This document shows positions 58,787 to 64,000 of a DNA stretch of 64,000 nt, piece after piece; the stretch's first letter is position 1; each line of letters opens with the position of its first letter. The position numbers and the translations under genes were made by a program. The notes below the pieces were generated by a model. That model ran no database searches. It was not told the DNA's origin and saw only the letters and a list, made by a program, of their open reading frames with translations. The DNA is from the human T2T-CHM13v2.0 reference genome, Homo sapiens, in assembly GCF_009914755.1 (NCBI RefSeq), contig NC_060926.1; one strand, 5' to 3'.

Positions 58787-59173
58787 TGTGACCATCTGTT
58801 TGTACTACCATAACAAAATACCTGTGACTGAGTAATTTATGAAGAACAGAAACCTATTTTCTCACAGTTCTGAAGACTGGGAAGTTCAAGACCAAGGTGC
58901 AGTGAGGTTGGTTGTCTGGTGGGAGCTGCTCTCCACTTCTAAAATGGCACCTTGTTGCTGCATCTGCCAGAGGGGAGGAACACTGTGCCCTCACATGGCA
59001 GAAGGCAGAAAGACAACGCGTGGAGCCTCTTCTATCAGGGCCTTAAACGCACTCATGAGGGAGAAGTCCTAACGGCCTCATCATGTCTTAAAGGCCTCAT
59101 ATCTTAATGCCGTCGCATTGGCCATTAAGTTTTAATACATGGATTTTGGAGGGCAGATGTTCAAACTATAGCA
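58787..59173 (-). mobile_element. MaLR solo LTR (MST-like)
   Basis: ttctcacagttctgaagactgggaagttcaaga...ttcaaactatagca; 5-bp TSD GGATA. Confidence 0.83.
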
Positions 59174-59789
59174 GGATATATTCATCAAAATAGAAAAAAA
59201 TTAACAATAAAATGTGGTGTATTTAAACAGCGCCCAAACTGTGGTACAAAAACAGTATAGCAGTAACATATAAGATAATGAGTAGGTGCTTGTTACGTGT
59301 GGCGTGAACCAGTACCTGATCATCTAAGAGTCACCCAGCCTCTAGTATCTCCCTATGGAATCAACATTCCTCAAAATACAAATGATCATATTTCCTCAGC
59401 TCAAAAATTTGAGTCCCTTAAAGAATAAGCTGCCTCTTACCACTCCCAATTAATGGGCCTCAACCTGCCCTTCCCATGTCCTATCTCCCACCACCACTAT
59501 CACCTCCCTTGCCCTCAGACACACACTCTACAGTATCAGCCAAGCTACACCACTTACAATTTCCCAAAACTACACTATGACTTCTTTTCCCTTGCCACTA
59601 TTAACATTGTCACTTTATCTAGAATGTCCATCATATCCGGATTGTATCCATTCACCAAAGCAAGCCCACGTGCTACCTACCATGCTTCCCTGCTCCTTCA
59701 AGCAAGTAGTAGCTCCTTTATCTGGACCCCCACATCACTGTATCTGCATCCCTTTAAGGCGCTTATTTTCTAGCTTGCATTCTAGTTTA

Positions 59790-59971
59790 CGTATATAGAT
59801 TTTTAATATATTTTTATATATATGTACATTTACATATACAATATGAATGTTTATATTATTTATATTATGTTTATATAATATATATTTTTAATATATATGA
59901 AATATATTTTTATATATTATATATGTTTAGATATGTAAATGTATATATATACATATATACACACACACACA
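59790..59971. repeat. AT-rich (TA)n low-complexity tract ending in (CA)n
   Basis: Direct reading. Confidence 0.85.
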
Positions 59972-60030
59972 CAGAACATGCAGTGAAAGAAATGTATTTT
60001 AGACATCAGTAAAATATATATGCATACACT

Positions 60031-60311
60031 GGCCGGGCGTGGTGGCTCACACCTGTAATCCCAACACTTTGGGAGGCTGAGGCGGGAGGATGACCTGAGG
60101 TCAGGAGTTCAAGACCAGCATGGCCAACACTGTGAAACCCAGTCTCTACAAAAATACAAAAATTAGCCGGACCTGATGGCAAGAGCCTGTAATCCCAGCT
60201 ACTCAGGAGGCTAAGGCAGAAGAATCACTTGAGCTGGGGAGGCAGAGGTTGCAGTGAGCTGAGATCTTGCCATTGCACTTTAGCCTGGGCAACAGAGTGA
60301 GACTCCATCTC

Positions 60312-60342
<31 letters not shown>

Positions 60343-60395
60343 GTGTGTATATATATATATATGTGTATATATATATACACACACACATATATATT
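60031..60395 (+). mobile_element. AluS with tail running into a (TA)n/(TG)n/(CA)n compound microsatellite
   Basis: Dimer 60031-60327, then microsatellite. Confidence 0.92.
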
Positions 60396-60679
60396 TCCTA
60401 TCTAAGAATATGAGATCTTAGGTCAGAATTGCTCTCCATCTTTACATCTCCCCCAACCGCTAACATGGTGCATTCCACAAAGCTAGCCGCAATAAATAAG
60501 AGAGTCATGGAAAGCAGGCCAGATAAAGATAGAATGGACTTTCCACCTCATCAATCTTCCTAATACCAACAACTTCTGTAACTGAACACATACGCTTTTT
60601 AAGAAACATATTCGAAAAGTATATATATATGTGCTGAGGAAGTGAGGTATTAATAACTACACTTTAAAACAACAAAATT

Positions 60680-60974
60680 GGCAGGGCGTGGTGGCTCATG
60701 CCTGTAATCCCAGCACTTTGGGAGGCTGAGGCAGGTAGATTGCTTGAGCTCAGGAATGCAAGATCAGCCTGAGCAACATGGTGAAACCCTATCTCTCCAA
60801 AATCAACAGCCAAGTGTGGTGGTGTGCACCTGTAGTCCCAGCTACTCGAGAGGCTCAAGTGGGAGGATCGCTTGAGCCCAGGAGGTCGAGGCTGCAGTAA
60901 GCCAAAATCACGCACTGGACTCCAGCGCGGGTGACAGAGTGAGACCCTCTCTCAAATAAATAAATAAAATAAAA
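60680..60974 (+). mobile_element. AluJ
   Basis: gggaggatcgcttgagcccaggaggtcgaggctgcag. Confidence 0.88.
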
Positions 60975-61749
60975 CCAAAAAATCAAGCTGAACTAAACCC
61001 AAAAAGACTTTAAAGGAAGAAACCTCACTTAAACAATAAAACGGGATCCCAAAGGAAATGTTAACATAAACAAGAGGTCACCCTCAACAGAAATCAAACT
61101 AGCAATCAGAGTGCCATGGGTACTGTATATGCAGTATCAAGGCTTGGCAAAATTTCACAACAAAGAACTGAGCATGTCACAGCAAAACAAAGTCTATCCC
61201 ATTTCTAACAGCAAAATTTAAATTCAAGACAATGTGAAGCTAGGTGCAGAAAATACAAGATCTAACATATTAACCACTGAAAGGCCAGTCTTTATATAAG
61301 AATTTGACAAAAAATCAAAATGGCATGATTTTATAATTGTAATATGTTTATTTTATAATCGAAAGTGTTTTGTTAAAATAAATTGTGTAATTATTTGCAG
61401 CATATATGATTACATTCAATATTATAAAATGTAAAGACCTCTAACTTCACATATCAACATTCAACTATATCCAAAATAAAACACAAGTCTATTATTTCAG
61501 ATTACCTACTGTAGTTAATATTTTTAAATTTTTAAATTTTTTCAGTTAGCTAGATTTTTGAAACTGATTATCAAACTTCTTAAGGATAAACAACTAACTC
61601 TTAAACACAGGAGCCACACATATCAAAAGGAGTAAGTTAACAGTATTATATTTATTCAATACTAAATAATAACTTCACCTATCATTTCCTGAATACCTAC
61701 TATGTGCTGAATATTTAACCCTCAAAACACCCTGGGGCTCACTAAATAC

Positions 61750-63040
61750 TCATTTCAACTCCCTTTTCTCTTTCCTTAAGAAAGATTTTTAAAAGAACTA
61801 AAGAGAACTTCTATAAATGAAAAATATAACAATAAAATCTAAAATCACAATAACTAATTTAAAAAGGAGATGCAGCACAAAAGAATTAGTAAAATAGGAA
61901 ATATATCAGCAAAAATTAACCAGAATATAGATTTTTCAAAATAAAATCATATGTATCAATAATTTACCAAAACAATAATTTACAAAAATAATTTACAATT
62001 TATAAAAGATCTCAAAAAGCATTTCAAAATACTTTCTTCAATAAGTACATGTATTTATACAGAAAAAATTAAACTAATATTTTACTTCTCTTTTTTCCAC
62101 AAAAACAAAGGAGGGGAAACAGGAGAGAGTGAAAAAAATTACAGGTCATTCTAAGAGACCCTACATCTAGATAACAGAAATTCCAGAGAATTAAAAGAAA
62201 AAAAATGAAGAGGAAATAATCCAAGAAATAATTCAAAGAATTTTCCCAAAAGTGAGATTACTGACTATCTAAAGTGAAGGGCCAGCACTGTGGATATTAA
62301 TAAACCTACGCCAAGTCATAACATGGTCAAATTTCAGAACGCCAGGGAAAAAAAAAAGAAAATCTTAGATCTCAGAGAGGAAGACGACAAAAAGCAGAGA
62401 AAGAAAGAAAGAAACATGGATTTTATATTACAATGACATTCTCAAGATAAACACTACTAGAAGCTAGAAGAAAATAGAACAATACCTTCAAAATTTAATG
62501 GAAAAAGTATTTCCATCCTACAATTCTATCCGGTCAAATGATCAATTAAGCACATGAAGATAAAATAAAGCCATTTTCAGATATGCAGGGCTTCAAAAAA
62601 ATATTATTTCCCATGTACTGTTTCTCAGGAAGTTACAGGAGGTTGTGACCCACCAAAACAGTTAAATAAACCAAGAAAGAAAAAAACAAATCTAAGGAAC
62701 AGGTCACGCAACCAAAGAGAAATAGGGAAGCCATCTTCTGGATAACGGTGAAGTGAAATTCCAAGACAATAGCTATATGGCAGGTGTCAAATCCAAACTG
62801 GAGTAGATCAGAAAGTTCTGAGATCTCCATCCATGGCCGTACCACCCTGAATGCACCTGATCTCGCATGATCTCAGAAGAAAGTTCTGAGACCTCTTCAA
62901 GATGATCAAACAGCACACCTAAAAGGAGGTTTACACTATGGGGGTGAGTTTAGGGGAAAGTCTGTGATAAGTACATTTCAAAACGTGGCAAATTAAAAAG
63001 AATTATTAACTACAAGGAGAATAAATAAGTAAGAAGTTAC
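61750..63040 (+). mobile_element. Old L1M ORF1-region remnant
   Basis: caacactactagaagctagaagaaaatagaacaataccttcaaaatt-like ORF1 motif; boundaries approximate. Confidence 0.6.
62829..62879 (+). pseudogene. 3'-truncated 5S rRNA retropseudogene (nt 1-51)
   Basis: Aligns without gaps to GTCTACGGCCATACCACCCTGAACGCGCCCGATCTCGTCTGATCTCGGAAG; TSD agaaagttctgaga(t/c)ctc. Confidence 0.9.
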
Positions 63041-63049
63041 CAGGTGGGT

Positions 63050-63548
63050 CTTACTATAGCATACGAGGCCCTGCATGATTCAGCACTCACCACGCTCTCT
63101 TTGACCTCACCTTATTACTCTGTGTCACTATCTGCTTCAGCCTAACTGTCTTCACTGCTGTTCCTAGAAAATGCCAAGCACACTTCTAACTCAGGGCTTT
63201 TGCTTTGGCTATTCCTGCTGATAGAATACTCTTCCCCCAGATACCTAAAAACTAGTAATACCCTCACCTATTCCAAGTCTTTGCAAGTCACCTTCCTCAA
63301 TGAGGGTAATGTGGCCACCATATTTCAAACTAGAACTTGCCCCCTACTCTCCCACCCTTCCATTCTCCATCTCTGATTATTTTTTTCCCATAATACTTAG
63401 CTCCTCACGTACTTTATATTCATTGTTTGTTGTCTGTCACTCCCTCGAAAAGTTCCACGAGGAAGATATACCCTAAGCACCTGGAACAGTATGTGGCACA
63501 GAGTAGGAAATCAATAAATGCTTGTTGAATGAATAAATGAATAAATAA
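63050..63548 (+). mobile_element. L2 3' end
   Basis: ctcagggcttttgctttggctattcc; tggcacagagtagg..tcaataaatgcttgttgaatgaataaatg. Confidence 0.8.
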
Positions 63549-63668
63549 AAATGGAAAATCACTGAAATCATGAAATATGGAAAATCATTGAAATCATGAA
63601 ATACTATACAAGCTTCTTTTCTTACCTGTAAGTATCAGCTACATAACCATAATAATAATCATACTATA

Positions 63669-63996
<328 letters not shown>

Positions 63997-64000
63997 TTAA

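Overview
Human (primate) genomic DNA from the middle of NBAS (neuroblastoma-amplified sequence; ER NRZ tethering subunit and ER-associated NMD factor), transcribed on the minus strand. Seven coding exons are resolved to the base with GT-AG boundaries and a continuous reading frame. Their sizes are 139, 69, 129, 64, 194, 258 and 126 nt, which from memory of the gene structure are exons 10-16. The rest is intron, rich in Alu, L1, L2/MIR, MaLR/ERV LTRs and DNA transposons. I see no second protein-coding gene; the other ORFs in the track come from repeats or chance. Best leads: (1) several separate splice signals that would each put a premature stop into the mRNA of this NMD factor, a possible AS-NMD feedback loop (inference only); (2) inverted Alu pairs around phase-0 exon blocks that would give stop-free circRNAs; (3) a tailless 5S rRNA retrocopy with target-site duplications (TSDs); (4) a perfect 99-bp tandem duplication across the edge of an internally deleted MER39-type provirus with a tRNA-Lys-like PBS; (5) a twin-primed L1 with an unusually large internal gap; (6) a young AluYa5-like fragment; (7) a MER85 piggyBac MITE. 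Repeat subfamily names come from recalled consensus sequences and need RepeatMasker/Dfam confirmation.
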